Source of the DNA: Histomonas meleagridis 2922-C6/04-290x
Lineage: Eukaryota > Protista > Parabasalia
Reading direction: 5' to 3'
DNA: 64,000 nt
NCBI GenBank assembly: GCA_020184695.1
Contig: JAANOX010000082.1
Coordinates: 62,001 to 126,000, forward strand
Shown piece after piece: positions 44,931 through 57,389 of this stretch. The notes below the pieces were generated by a model that was given only the letters and a program-made list of their open reading frames with translations, made no database searches and was not told the origin of the DNA. Within the stretch, counting starts at the first letter, position 1. Every line of letters begins with the position of its first letter. The position numbers and the translations under genes are program-made.

Positions 44931-47900
44931 TTATATTTTGTCGTCAAGAAGCCATTTGTCATCTTCGTGCTTTACGAGTTCGTGCACATCTTCATCAATG
45001 AGTTCTTTCTGCTCATTCATTGACGAAATTTCATCTTCAATTATCTCTTCGCTTTGATGCGGTTTCTTTCGTTTGATAATGAATATGACAACGCCAACAA
45101 TGACCAGAACAAATGCAATGGCACCGCAAATGATTCCAATCAGCTCAGTTTGAGTGAGTGCACTTGCTGTCGTTTCACTTGTGTACATTATGGTGAAGAA
45201 ATCGGTGTAAAAGCTGATGTAAAACGTATATATAATCACTGTGTATTCGTAGTATATGAAATAGGTTGTGATGTGCGCATAGTCGGAGCCATGCTGCGTG
45301 AGCGTAAATGAATTGAGGAGAGAAATGACACGTGATAACGTGTGTGTAATGGTGAGTGTGAATGTGAGTGTGAGATTTGTATATGTGCTTGAAGTAGTGA
45401 ATGCATTTGATTTGGTAAATGTGTTTGATACCGTAAATGCATTTGATTGTGTGAATGTGTTCGACTGTGTATATGTGAATGTGTTCGACTTAGAAAATGT
45501 ATATGTAATATATCCGTTGCAGCCTTCAATCGTGGTGCCTTTAAATGCATTTAAGTTACAGAATTTATCAGATGAATATGAATTTAATGTCATTACTGAT
45601 GTTGCACCAACACCATTAAATGCTTTTGTGTTATCAATAATTGTGTTACCATAATAATAAATGCATTCGAGTTTATTACATTCATAAAATGCATAGTCTT
45701 CAATAGTTTTGACATTTTCTCTCAGGAATATAGATATTAAATTAGAACATTCTGCAAATGAATACGAAATAATCGTTATGATAGAAATTGGAATAAAAAA
45801 TGTATCGTTTAAATGTCCTGTTGGATAACATATGATTCGTGAAATGGTTTTGTCATAAAGAACTCCATCATGTTCATAATTGGAATAATTTGAATTGTCG
45901 TCAGATACATTTATAAATTGAAGTTTTGTACAATAACGAAATACTTGTAATCCAATATTTTGGACTGATCTCGGAATTATAATATTTGTTAACGAAGTGC
46001 ACGATTCAAATGCAGAATCACAGATTTCTTTTACATTTTCTCCAATAGTAACATTTGTTAATTTTTCACATAATCTAAATGCCGATTCCCCAATAATTGT
46101 AACATTATTTGGAATTATAATATTTGTTAACGAAGTGCACGATTCAAATGCAGATGTACAGATTTCTTTTACATTTTTCTCCAATAGTAACATTTGTTAA
46201 TTTTTCACATAATCTAAACGCCGATTCTCCAATAATTGTAACATTATTTGGAATTATAATATTTGATAATGAGGTACATGATTCAAATGCAGATGTACAG
46301 ATTTCTTTTACATTTTCTCCAATAGTAACATTTGTTAATTTTTCACATAATCTAAATGCCGATTCCCCAATAATTGTAACATTATTTGGAATTATAATAT
46401 TTGTTAACGAAGTGCACGATTCAAATGCAGATGTACAGATTTCTTTTACATTTTCTCCAATAGTAACATTTGTTAATTTTTCACATAATCTAAACGCCGA
46501 TTCTCCAATAATTGTAACATTATTTGGAATTATAATATTTGATAATGAGGTACATGATTCAAATGCAGATGTACAGATTTCTTTTACATTTTCTCCAATA
46601 GTAACATTTGTTAATTTTTTTCACATAATCTAAATGCGATTCCCCAATAGTGTAACATTATTTGGAATTATAATATTTGTTAACGAAGTGCACCACTCAA
46701 ATGCCGCTGCCCCGATTCCTTTTACATTTTCTCCAATAGTAACATTTGTTAATTTTTCACATAATCTAAACGCCGATTCTCCAATAATTGTAACATTATT
46801 TGGAATTATAATATTTGATAATGAGGTACATGATTCAAATGCAGATGTACAGATTTCTTTTACATTTTCTCCAATAGTAACATTTGTTAATTTTTCACAT
46901 AATCTAAATGCCGATTCCCCAATAATTGTAACATTATTTGGAATTATAATATTTGTTAACGAAGTGCACGATTCAAATGCAGAATCACAGATTTCTTTTA
47001 CATTTTCTCCAATAGTAACATTGATTAATTTTTCACATAATCTAAACGCCGATTCTCCAATAATTGTGACATTATTTGGAATTATAATATTCGTTATCGT
47101 TGATTTATAAAATGATTCTTTTTCAATCGTTGTGATTGTATTTGGAATTGTAAATGATTTGTTGTTCTTTGCAGGTCTACATATGATTCGTGTTATATTT
47201 TTATCATAAAGAACTCCATCATTTTCATAATTGGAATAATTTAAATTATCCTTAGATACATTTATACATTCAAGATTTGTGCAATCAAAAAATACATTTG
47301 ATCCAATTAATGAAACTGACTTTGGAATGATAATTTCTATTAACGAAGTACATGAATAAAATGCTGATGCTCTTATTTCTTTAACATTTTCGCCAATTAT
47401 AACATTTGTTAAATTTTTACAATAGTAAAATGCTGATGATCCAATGATTTTAACATTATTTGGAATGATTATATTTAGTAACGAAGAACACGATTCAAAT
47501 GCTGATGCTCCGATTTCTTCAACATTTTCTCCAATGGTAACATTTGTTAATTTTTCACAGAATTTAAATGCTGATGATCCAATGATTTTAACATTATTTG
47601 GAAGTATTATATTGAGTAATGATGAACACAATTCAAATGCTGATGCTCCGATTTCTTCAACATTTTCGCCAATTATAACATTTGATAATTGAGAACACGA
47701 TTCAAATGCTGATGCTCAGATTTCTTCAACATTTTCGCCAATTATAACATTCGACAATTGAGAACATGATTCAAATGCTGATGATCCAATTTCTTTGACA
47801 CTTTCGCCAATAGTAACATTTAACAAATTATAACATGATTTAAAAATTTCATCTGGAATATGTTCAACATTTTCAATAATGGCATATTTAATTGAATCTC

Positions 47901-48378
47901 TATAATATTTAATATCATCAAAATCAATATCACGAGATATTGTGATTGTAGATGTTGTGGAATCATATTTTTGGAAGGTACACGTGAAAAATATTATAAT
48001 AAAAAATAAATAAATATGCTCATTCTTGTATTTAAATTTGATCGAATTTTTTTGATTAAAATATCGTTTTAATAAATTGGTCATAATTTGCTTCAAGAAA
48101 ATTAACAAAATAACAAAAATTTTGATGAAAAGTAATATAGTTAAATAGTTTAATTGTGAATAAAATATAAAAATTAAGAAATAATTATTAACAATTATTT
48201 TGTTACATGCAACGTATAATCTATTGGGAATTGATAAATCAGTTGGAAATCTTAAAATGGTGAATATTGTACAAACAAGAAAATTACTTAGAATACCCAA
48301 GAAATGGCAACAATGAAATGAAGTCATAATTAATGGCATTAGGTTTTTCATATCTAAAAGAGAATTCCAGTCTTGCAA
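44931..48378 (-). CDS. BspA-like LRR_5 surface protein; interrupted (pseudogene or assembly errors)
   Basis: TpLRR repeats (IIIPNNVTIIGESAFRLCEKLTNVTIGENVKEICTSAFESCTSL), TQSN stalk, TM, acidic tail. In-frame TGA at 47716-47718 replaces a GGA; indels near 46180 and 46615-46650 fall in or beside homopolymer runs. Confidence 0.85.
45985..47095 (-). repeat. 138-nt coding tandem repeat (two 23-aa LRR units)
   Basis: About eight near-identical units spaced ~138 nt (e.g. 46297, 46435, 46573). Confidence 0.85.
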
Positions 48379-48985
48379 TGATAGAATTTGCGGGTGAAGA
48401 AGTTTGAATGCCCAGTGAAGGAACTTTTGTCAATTCGTTTTTTGATAAAATAAACCACTTAAAAATCAGAATCTCGTAAAATCCTACACACAAATTTCAA
48501 TGTTGAAAATTTTAAAATTAAACATGTTTAACCATGTGGTCCAAAACCGCTGGAATGAACATTCACCGTTAAAGTCACAGGGAAGTTTCTCTGTTTCATT
48601 CAACATGCGCATGGATATATTTTGCGGTTCTTATTTCTGAGTTGCTGAAAATATTTGAAAGTTCTTGAAAACAGAACATTGAAATCTTGATTTATTAAAT
48701 AATTGGAAATTAGTGTGTATTAGTACAGTATATAACATCCATAAAATCTGTGCATTGCACTTCTCAGCTCGTAGTAAATGCGAGAATTTTAAATTTTCAA
48801 CTTTGTTTTTTTTTAAGTATTTAAAATAAAATATCTAAGACATAATTCTTATGTCTTATAATAAATTCCTATGTATTAATTCCTTTGAAGCAGAACAAAT
48901 ACATAAAAACTTAAGCAGTCGTAACTCAAAATACAACCGTCACAATTAGCGGTTATTTTTGATGCTCAACAAAATTCAATTAAAG

Positions 48986-50170
48986 TTAATCCTCACCAAA
49001 ATCGATTTTCATGAATGGATGGTTCAAAGCTTCTTCTGCCGAAATTCTTTTCTTCGGGTCCAACTGCAACAACCCTTTCAGCAGATCCAAGAAAACTTTT
49101 CGATTTTCGATGTCATTATGTTTATCTTCATCTGGTTCATAACTCATTATTATATCCTCCAACTTCTGATGAACGAAATAAGGTTGAAATGTAGTAACGA
49201 AATCTTCTCCATTCTCTTCGCAAAGTAATTGTTGACTTTTTAATGTACCATCTGGCATAAACAATTGGATATATCTTGGTGAAGATATAACCATTTCTTT
49301 AGGGAATTGGCCAATTGTTTGTGCTATTAGAGTTGCAAGATGAAGTTCAGTTTGAGCTGGCATTAATGGGAGACCTAACATAAGTTCAGCTGCAAGGCAT
49401 CCAATAGACCATACGTCGACTTTGCTGTCATATGGTAAACGCAAGAGAACTTCTGGTGCTCGATAAAAGCGAGATTGTACATATTGTACATCGATACAAT
49501 CTCCTACAAAAAGGCAACTCCCAAAGTCAATTAACTTAAATTGTTCCATTGACTTCGGATATGCCTGAAGAATGTTTTCCGGCTTTACATCTAAATGTAT
49601 TAGATTGTATGTCGATAGAGTATAGAGCACAGGAAGAACTGACTTTAAAACAGATTGAACGTACTTAAGCGAAAGGCCTTTATATTTGTGTTGAACTATC
49701 TCATCTAAAACGGATGGTCCGAGTAGTTCGATAACGATACAAAAATGATTAAGATAAGAAAACCCTGACTCGATGACAGAGATCCTTGAAAGGTCTTTAG
49801 CACTTAGATATGTTTTTAACTATGTGTTAGTGATATTCTATATATGCTTAGAGATATATCTCTAAGCATTGAAACATACCCATAATAAAGCTTGAATTTC
49901 ATATTGGAATTGACAGTGCGCCTCTGTTGTTGACTTTGAAATTTTAATGGCAAATTGACGATTGGTCTGTTCACCTGCATGACATTGAACACACTTATAA
50001 ACCTGACCAAATTGTCCTGCACCAAGCCATTTTTGTATTTCAAAGACATTTCCATTTGGATCACTAATTTTTTGGTTCGGAAAAAGTATCAAATCTCCGT
50101 TTATATTATCCATTCTATTGTTCCCATATGGCTCAGATGGTTTAATAAGTGCTTCTGGAATGGATATCAT
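48986..50170 (-). CDS. CMGC/DYRK family (YAK1-like) protein kinase with one 60-nt intron
   Basis: LGAGQFGQV, FAIKI, HLDVKPEN, IDFGS, YVQSRFYRAPE, DVWSIGC. The intron joins ORFs 49862-50170 and 48986-49630 in frame. Confidence 0.92.
49820..49879 (-). other. Canonical trichomonad intron (60 nt) with an internal hairpin
   Basis: GTATGT...ACTAACACATAG, close to the T. vaginalis ACTAACACACAG motif; carries an in-frame TAG and a perfect 26-nt palindrome at 49844-49869. Confidence 0.92.
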
Positions 50171-51551
50171 TTGATGGTTTTGTGTTTGGATGAATTGGGG
50201 ATTGTGGTATTGAACTTTTTCAATGCAATGTTGGCTTTATTAAACTTTTTGTGAGATGTCAGAATCTATCGTCGAATACGTTTACTTTTATTTTATTTCA
50301 TTCAATTCGAAATTAACTGTGAAAAAAATGTCACGGATCGTTTTCAATTCAAAAACAGTCAGAAATAAAGATGAAGAAAAACAGACATTAGAAACTTATA
50401 CATTATCAAACTTTAATAGCTATAAATAAAATTAAGTTATTGCTTTTGATTTTATTGATTATTATTATAATTTATGATGATGTTTCCACAAAAATGGTGA
50501 GTTTGTTGATTAACTATAAGAATTTTTTGCACAACAGTTTTAACGTCAAAATCCTCACGGTTTCCGGTGAGTTTTTATGGGTGTGATCCAGGAATTCAAA
50601 TTTATTAAAAATGATTTGCTATAATTCTCAGAGAGTGAAAATATATTTTAATTCGTAAAAAAGTCAATTTTTTGAACATCATTTTTTATAGCATTTATTT
50701 TTTATTTTATTATTTCGAAACAACTATCAGTAATTTAAAGCAGAATCATAAATATAAAAATTCATGTGAAAAGAATTTAAATGAATAACTTTGATGTTTA
50801 AGTTAAGGATAAAAGTTTTTAATAGATAAAATATCAACATTATTTATGATGTTTTTATTTAGATGTTTCAATAGCTGTAACGGTTATACTTTGGTTATTC
50901 CACCGTTTGTGCATTTAACCAACGTTAGTTGATAGTTTTGAATCACAAGAAGTCCTTCTACTGTTTGTTTTTGTTTTATGTTTTGAAATATTAATTGAAA
51001 ATGTGTGATTTGTCACAATAGCTTTATGTTATATTGATTTGACATAAAATATTTTTAAATATACAATTCTTTGAAACCAAAAAGTTTATAAATATGTAGA
51101 GAATATGGTGTTGATAATAATTTTATTGTTTTTGTGTGAATTATACTGTTACCCATGCTAATGAGCGTTTTATTTTGATTGATAAAACTGGAATTTTATC
51201 GTCATCTATTTTATCGAGGCTGTATCATGCGAAATAATTATAATTATATAAAATTTCAATGTTACCGACAAATTACATATGCTTAAGATCAAAATGCATG
51301 AATGATAAAGAAAAATTTCGCATTATAAAATTTGTAATTTTTCGATTATAAAAATAATTACGGAATATTAATCATCACTGTATTGACATTGATCTGTGTA
51401 CGCATATAGTAATTTTAATTACAGATTTAACTATCTCCGAGTGGTCGAAAAAATTAAATTTTTTTTCAGCAGTTGTGCGAACGTTCGGGAAAACCGTTTG
51501 ATCTAAAATTCAATTTAACGTCAATCGATACTTTTTCAGAAGTTTATTATT

Positions 51552-52556
51552 ATGCCAAATTCAAATAAATTTACAATTCCATATTTTGAAAGGGAATTGA
51601 TAGGTTTACTTGATTTGTGTTCGTTCTTAATATTCATGAGCGATCTAAATCCATTCGATGCATTTGATCCATTCGCGCTTTTTGGGTTAAACGATGACAC
51701 TACCAAAGAAGATTTTGATGATGCTTTTACACTTGCTCTAAATGAAATAGACAAAGATTCATCAATCCATTTTAATGATCCTTTTTCCCATCCAAATTTC
51801 ATACAGCAGGACATTCCACAGCAACACAGGAGAGCAGTATCTTCACCCATGAAGATAGTTACAATGCCATCACAAGAATCTCAATCTCCTCAACAATCTT
51901 ACATTAATCAACTTCCTGTGGCCGTATCTGCTTTCGAACTCGTTCCTGGTTCACAGCGTCAACGCTTTCCACGAGAAGTAGCATCTCCGCAGCCAGTTTT
52001 GCGTCGTCCACCTGATGCATTTGATGATATTTCCAATGCTGCCTTTATAGCTGCTTGTAATGACCCTAATCTTACGTTTAATCCCCACATGATTGGTTTC
52101 ATACCCTCAACATTATGGGCTGACCGTGTTATTACATTTGGCGATATTGTATCCAACTTTTTCCAAAAAAAGAACAATGCTAACAGCAGATTTTCACACA
52201 AGCTCTACAACGCCCTTAAGCTTAGTGAGCTTTCGCCCATATATCCACAATTTGTAGGTGTTCGATGGCTCACCCCATTAATCTTAAGGGTTGACAAAAG
52301 AGTTTTTGCCCGTCTTTTGGGCATCAAGTCCATCGATGGATCACTTTTCCACCAACAAGGCAACTTCCCTTCACATGGATTTTTCGAAATCGGCGCAGGC
52401 GATGCAGCCAAATATTGCCCACCTGGAATAGACATGACAGGAGTGGACTTTGAGAACGTGAGATTGCTTATACACAGCGAGCACAGATTCAGGAAGGGCT
52501 GCACTGAAGCTGACATCGAACCTTGCAAGTGGGCAAATTCACACGCACATAAATGA
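51552..52556 (+). CDS. Protein with a C-terminal initiator-binding-domain (IBD)-like winged helix
   Basis: KKNNANSRFSHKLYNALK...VGVRW...ILRVDK..FARLLGI...GSLFHQQGNFPSHGF; acidic and P/Q-rich N-terminus. Start could be the second Met (MSDLNPF). Confidence 0.75.
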   Translation: MPNSNKFTIPYFERELIGLLDLCSFLIFMSDLNPFDAFDPFALFGLNDDTTKEDFDDAFTLALNEIDKDSSIHFNDPFSHPNFIQQDIPQQHRRAVSSPMKIVTMPSQESQSPQQSYINQLPVAVSAFELVPGSQRQRFPREVASPQPVLRRPPDAFDDISNAAFIAACNDPNLTFNPHMIGFIPSTLWADRVITFGDIVSNFFQKKNNANSRFSHKLYNALKLSELSPIYPQFVGVRWLTPLILRVDKRVFARLLGIKSIDGSLFHQQGNFPSHGFFEIGAGDAAKYCPPGIDMTGVDFENVRLLIHSEHRFRKGCTEADIEPCKWANSHAHK

Positions 52557-53145
52557 ACTTCGAATTGTACAATAAACGTTTTCTCTCATTAGATGTTTTG
52601 GATAAAATTCCAAGTCATCTTTCTGATTGTGTAAACAAGTAAAGTTACTTCGAAAAGTCGATTTTATTCTTTGCGATATCAATGGTTATAGAAAATTCCT
52701 TTTAAGTCATATAATGAAACATAAAATGAATTCGATTAATAAAATTCAAAAAAATTTCCATTTTGAGGCATTGACATCCTATATTGATTAAAGCATTGAT
52801 GTTTTACATGCCAAATTATAACTTTTAAATGGAGATAATTAGAATGATTTGAAGCATTTTTTGTATAAAATTTATTTTAAGGATTAAAAAAAATGCGAAA
52901 TATTTCTAATATGATAAAGAGTTTTTGATTAATGTTATATTTACAAGTTTATAAATTATATGGATTCATGAAAAATTGAAATATTTTTGATTTTTTCAGA
53001 AATTGTCCACCGTCATTAGCAAACAATGCGAAATGAATCGTAGATTAAACTAAAGAATTTGTAATACTTTTTGTTAAAACATATTCAAGCGAAAAAAACG
53101 CATTGTTAAACTAAAATTCAATAAAAAATTTCTTTGCCTCATCGT

Positions 53146-53577
53146 TTAGTAGTCGATTAGTACGGAGAACTCATCGTAGTCGAATTTTTGAAGATCTGGA
53201 GGTATCTTATCACTTGGAGGAATTTCCATAAACTGATAAAATTTGTCCAATTCTTTTCTCGAAATTGTTCCAGAGTGGTCAGAATCAATAGCATTAAACA
53301 CAAGATGCGTCAGATCATCTGGTGTCTTAAGGTTATTAATAGAATCAATAAACTTAACAAATTCGTTGAAAGCAACACCTCCATCGCCATTACGGTCAGC
53401 GATGTACATTAACATTCTGTGCTGAAGAGGAGGCATTCCAATTTCATGAAGATAAAGACTCATTTCATCGTGATCGAGAACCTTGTTTCCATCCTTATCA
53501 TACTTCTTGAATGTTTCCCTAAATTGATTGATTTGTGACTTTGTGTATCCTTTTGGAAGAGATTGTTTGCCGCCCAT
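53146..53577 (-). CDS. Small EF-hand protein, probably N-myristoylated
   Basis: Likely start MGGKQS (MGxxxS); EF loops DKDGNKVLDHDE, DRNGDGGVAFNE, DSDHSGTISRKE. Confidence 0.85.
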   Translation of the reverse strand: MGGKQSLPKGYTKSQINQFRETFKKYDKDGNKVLDHDEMSLYLHEIGMPPLQHRMLMYIADRNGDGGVAFNEFVKFIDSINNLKTPDDLTHLVFNAIDSDHSGTISRKELDKFYQFMEIPPSDKIPPDLQKFDYDEFSVLIDY

Positions 53578-54826
53578 AACGAAGACTGTTTTAACGGTTT
53601 TATGGAAAAAGTTTATTTTTTGGTCAAAAAACATTGTTTATGATAAACCGTTGAATAAAATTGGATGAAATTCTTTTGTTTTTAAATTGTGCTAAACAGC
53701 TACACAACAGAAATTTCACGTAGAATTTTGACTTAAAAAATCAAAAGGTTAAAAAGTTAACAATAACGAACCAGAATAACACGAATTGAAACTTTCAATA
53801 TGAAAGCCGGTTTTATAATCATCCTCCAAGAAAGGCTGTTCACCTTTTTAGTGGTTCCTTGAAAATTTGATTATTTTCAAGCAAAAACGAGTTGCTTGTG
53901 TTCATAATCTTTAAGTCTGTTGTGATGTTTGTGTTTCTAAAATTTATTTTTATGGGTGAGTTTGTATTTAATCACACATTAGCAAAATAATTTACTAACT
54001 AATATTAAAATCCTTTAAGCCTTCAACGATAAAAAGATGCTATACAATTGAACTTTTGGAAGCCTTCTAGATAATTGATTATGTTGTTTGATAAAATTTT
54101 TACTCAACACAACTTAAAATACATTATATCATATTGAAACAATAAATTTTTAATATAAAAAATTATATCAATATATGTTTTTTATTTATACACCGCTTTC
54201 AACGTTGTTATTATTTGATTGAGGGTTTTTGTTATAATTAGCCCATTCTCTTGAAATTTTACAAATTGCAATAATAATTATATCAATATTATGAAGTTAA
54301 GTTGCCTGTTAGAACAGATGGGATGTTATCAAATCTTGGATATAATGCTGGATTTGTTATTGGTTTACTAGTTACTATTTGTGGCTTTATGTTATCATTT
54401 TCGTTATCTTTATATTTGGCTACCAACGACAATGCTAAATGAAATTATTGATAGTGTAAGTAAAATTCGAGTTTTTGTTGATTTTGTGTTTTCCATCCAT
54501 GTGACGATAGGAACATGAAAGTCACTTTTTAATAAGAGATTCAACAACTCTTCGGCTATTTATGCATAAATATTTATTAAATAAGGATTATTTTTATTTA
54601 TCTTACTAATATGGAATTATCATTAAACGCATGGTATTTAATAATTATTGAATTAAAAAAATTGGTTTTTTGACATTTATGAAACTTGTAAATTTATAAG
54701 AAAAATTTAACTAATTTTTAATAAAACAATTTCAAGATAATCATATTAAAGCATATTAAACATTTAAAACACAATTAATAATAATGAATGGAAAATTACA
54801 CATAAAATGAAAGTTAACTAAAATTG

Positions 54827-55031
54827 TTAGACAGCTAACATTTCTTTTTCATTTTGATCCAATTCAATCGGAACTGGATCTGCTTTAAGTGCTTCATATT
54901 TGGGAAGCATTACGTGTGAAACTGCTGTGTCATTATCTTCATAACGTGGCGTAGAATTGGCTTTATCAACTAATTCATGATACGCTTGTTCTTCAACATT
55001 AGTTTAAACCTCCTCGATTAAATATTTTCAT
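54827..55031 (-). other. Small coding-like segment with a 1-nt frameshift or a possible 19-nt intron
   Basis: MKIFNRG then EQAYHELVDKANSTPRYEDNDTAVSHVMLPKYEALKADPVPIELDQNEKEMLAV*. Removing GTTTAAACTAATGTTGAAG or one A restores the frame. Confidence 0.35.
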
Positions 55032-55601
55032 CTTATTGTTTTAACAAATTTTTAATTTGATTTTTTTTGAAAATGTTTCATGTCACATGTCTGTAAATAA
55101 AACATGTGAAGTAATTTAACATCTTTGTAAAATGGTTTTATGCTTCTTAACACTCATTTCTAAAATAGTTTTACAATAAATAAACATTTTTAAATTTATA
55201 TTCATTTTTATTTATAGCATTAATTTTCTTCATCATTTATGAATTGATTTATTACTTTCGCTTTACTTTTTAAATTTGAATATGTTATTTTACCATTGGC
55301 ACTTATTTTTTTTTATTGATTAATAATTAGTTCCATGTTAATTAAGTGTAAGTGTGAAAGTTATAGTCTGTGATGTAAATAAGCCATATGTTCTTTGATG
55401 TTTATACCTCATTATTCATCGTATTGAATGTATTAAAGATATTTGATCATATCCATTTAATATCATTATAAAAGTTTTAAAGTTATTTTTAAGACGATGT
55501 AATCCATTAATGTTATGTATCATCGAAATATTTTATTTCATAAGACTCATATAATATTTATAATTATCATTACAAAATTTACAAATATCTAATATTGAAA
55601 A

Positions 55602-57389
55602 TTATATTTGTTCAATAAATTTTTCTTCTTGAAAATCTTCGGCAAATGGATCTTCTTCAATATTTATGTTACTTATTCCTGTAGTAAATGTATTCGTCGT
55701 TTCGTTTTCATTTTGTTCTGATTTATCATTTTCATAAATTTCTTCTTTTTTATTTCGAATATGTGTTAATAATATAATTAATAATATGATAATGACTATT
55801 ACTATAACAATTACACAAACAGAAATGATGATAATTGTTGTTTTATTGTCGTTATTTTGATTATCATTATTATCAGTGTAAAACATTGTAAAGAAATTGG
55901 AATAATAATTATAATAAGTCGAATAAATAACAATCGTATAATTGTAATAAATAAATTCTGTTTCAATGTATGAAAATGTCGAATTATTTATATATAATGA
56001 AAATGTTTTCGTTTGTGTTTCATAAATAGTTAATGAATGTGTAATTGATAATGTAATTGTTAATGTGTATGAAAATGATATTGAAATATCACTTTGAAGT
56101 GATGCAGTAAATGTATTCGATTGATTAAATGAATGCGTTGGAAGTGGTTCACATGTTCCTTCTGTGTTGTCTTTGGCAACATTTAAATTTCCAAATTTAC
56201 TTCCTACATATGTTGGATATGTGATAACACTTGTAAAAACATTAGAAAATGCACTTACTCCAATTTCTGGTTCTGAATCTCCATAATAATAAATGCATTG
56301 AAGATTATAACAATTACCAAATGCCGAACTTTCAATATTTTTTATTCCATAGCCAAGTGTTAATAAAGTTAAATTAGAACATGATGAAAATGCATAACTT
56401 CCAATTGTTGTAACTGAATTTGGAATTGTAATGTTTTTGATTGATGAACAAAATGAAAATGCTCCACCACCAATTTCTGTAACATTTTCTCCAATTATAA
56501 TCGTAACTAATTTAGAACATGACGAAAATGCATAACCTCCAATAGATGATACTGAATTACCAAAATCAACTGAAACAACTGAAGGCCATCCTGAAAATGC
56601 ATTACTTGGAATTGAATAAATATTTTCACTGATAATGATAAATTTTGTGTTATTTTGATATTGATCAACATAAATAAAATCATTTGAATTTATGATTGTA
56701 AGTGTTAAATTATTTTCATTATATATTTGATAAGAGTTCATGAAAAACATAACAAAAATTAAAATATTTTCAGTTTTTTTCTTATCTTTTATTTTCAATG
56801 TATATTTGGTCGTTAATATTTTCTGAACTGAAATTGTGTTTTTATGATAAAATTTGATATAAATAACCGGAAATGTAATTGAAAAAATGACGGTTAATTG
56901 AAGTAAAACATTCAAAATGTTTGGTCCTTCTTCGTTGTCGTTTTGCATCAGAAAAAAATGTGAAAATTCACGTTTTATAGGATATACATCTTCATAAGAT
57001 TTGTTACATGTTTTTTCAAATATACCATTTTTGACAAATATATCAATTTCGAAGGATTTTTTCAAAATGTTTGAAAAATATGTTCTTTGAATTTTATGTT
57101 TGTTATTAAAATTCTGATGTACAACTATTGTAGATTCATTATATGGTATCAAATTTAAAAATAATTTGTTTATCAAAACTTTATAATTATTGTTAAATCT
57201 TTTAAATTTTTTGTTCATAATTTCATTAATTGATACATCCTCATCACATTTGTAAGTCATAGGTTTCTTGTTTTCGTGGTTTTGTATTTGTAATATTTCT
57301 TTTTGAATGATATAAGGTGTAATAAGCTTTGTATCGGTTATAAATCGTTTCATCATGATCGAAATGCTGAATAAAAGAAAGATCCTCAT
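55602..57389 (-). CDS. BspA-like LRR surface protein with a long N-terminal extension
   Basis: LRR_5 repeats, T/S/F/Y stalk, TM IIIISVCVIVIVIVIIILL, tail EEDPFAEDFQEE. Confidence 0.85.
   Translation of the reverse strand: MRIFLLFSISIMMKRFITDTKLITPYIIQKEILQIQNHENKKPMTYKCDEDVSINEIMNKKFKRFNNNYKVLINKLFLNLIPYNESTIVVHQNFNNKHKIQRTYFSNILKKSFEIDIFVKNGIFEKTCNKSYEDVYPIKREFSHFFLMQNDNEEGPNILNVLLQLTVIFSITFPVIYIKFYHKNTISVQKILTTKYTLKIKDKKKTENILIFVMFFMNSYQIYNENNLTLTIINSNDFIYVDQYQNNTKFIIISENIYSIPSNAFSGWPSVVSVDFGNSVSSIGGYAFSSCSKLVTIIIGENVTEIGGGAFSFCSSIKNITIPNSVTTIGSYAFSSCSNLTLLTLGYGIKNIESSAFGNCYNLQCIYYYGDSEPEIGVSAFSNVFTSVITYPTYVGSKFGNLNVAKDNTEGTCEPLPTHSFNQSNTFTASLQSDISISFSYTLTITLSITHSLTIYETQTKTFSLYINNSTFSYIETEFIYYNYTIVIYSTYYNYYSNFFTMFYTDNNDNQNNDNKTTIIIISVCVIVIVIVIIILLIILLTHIRNKKEEIYENDKSEQNENETTNTFTTGISNINIEEDPFAEDFQEEKFIEQI

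Noticed and set aside
47716-47718. TGA reassigned to a sense codon
   Set aside because: It is a single case replacing GGA; TGA ends other genes here (e.g. 52554-52556) and no other conserved gene has internal TGA.
54290-54445. Hydrophobic mini-ORF MLSNLGYNAGFVIGLL...
   Set aside because: Only 39 aa with an upstream in-frame stop; probably a decayed membrane-protein fragment.
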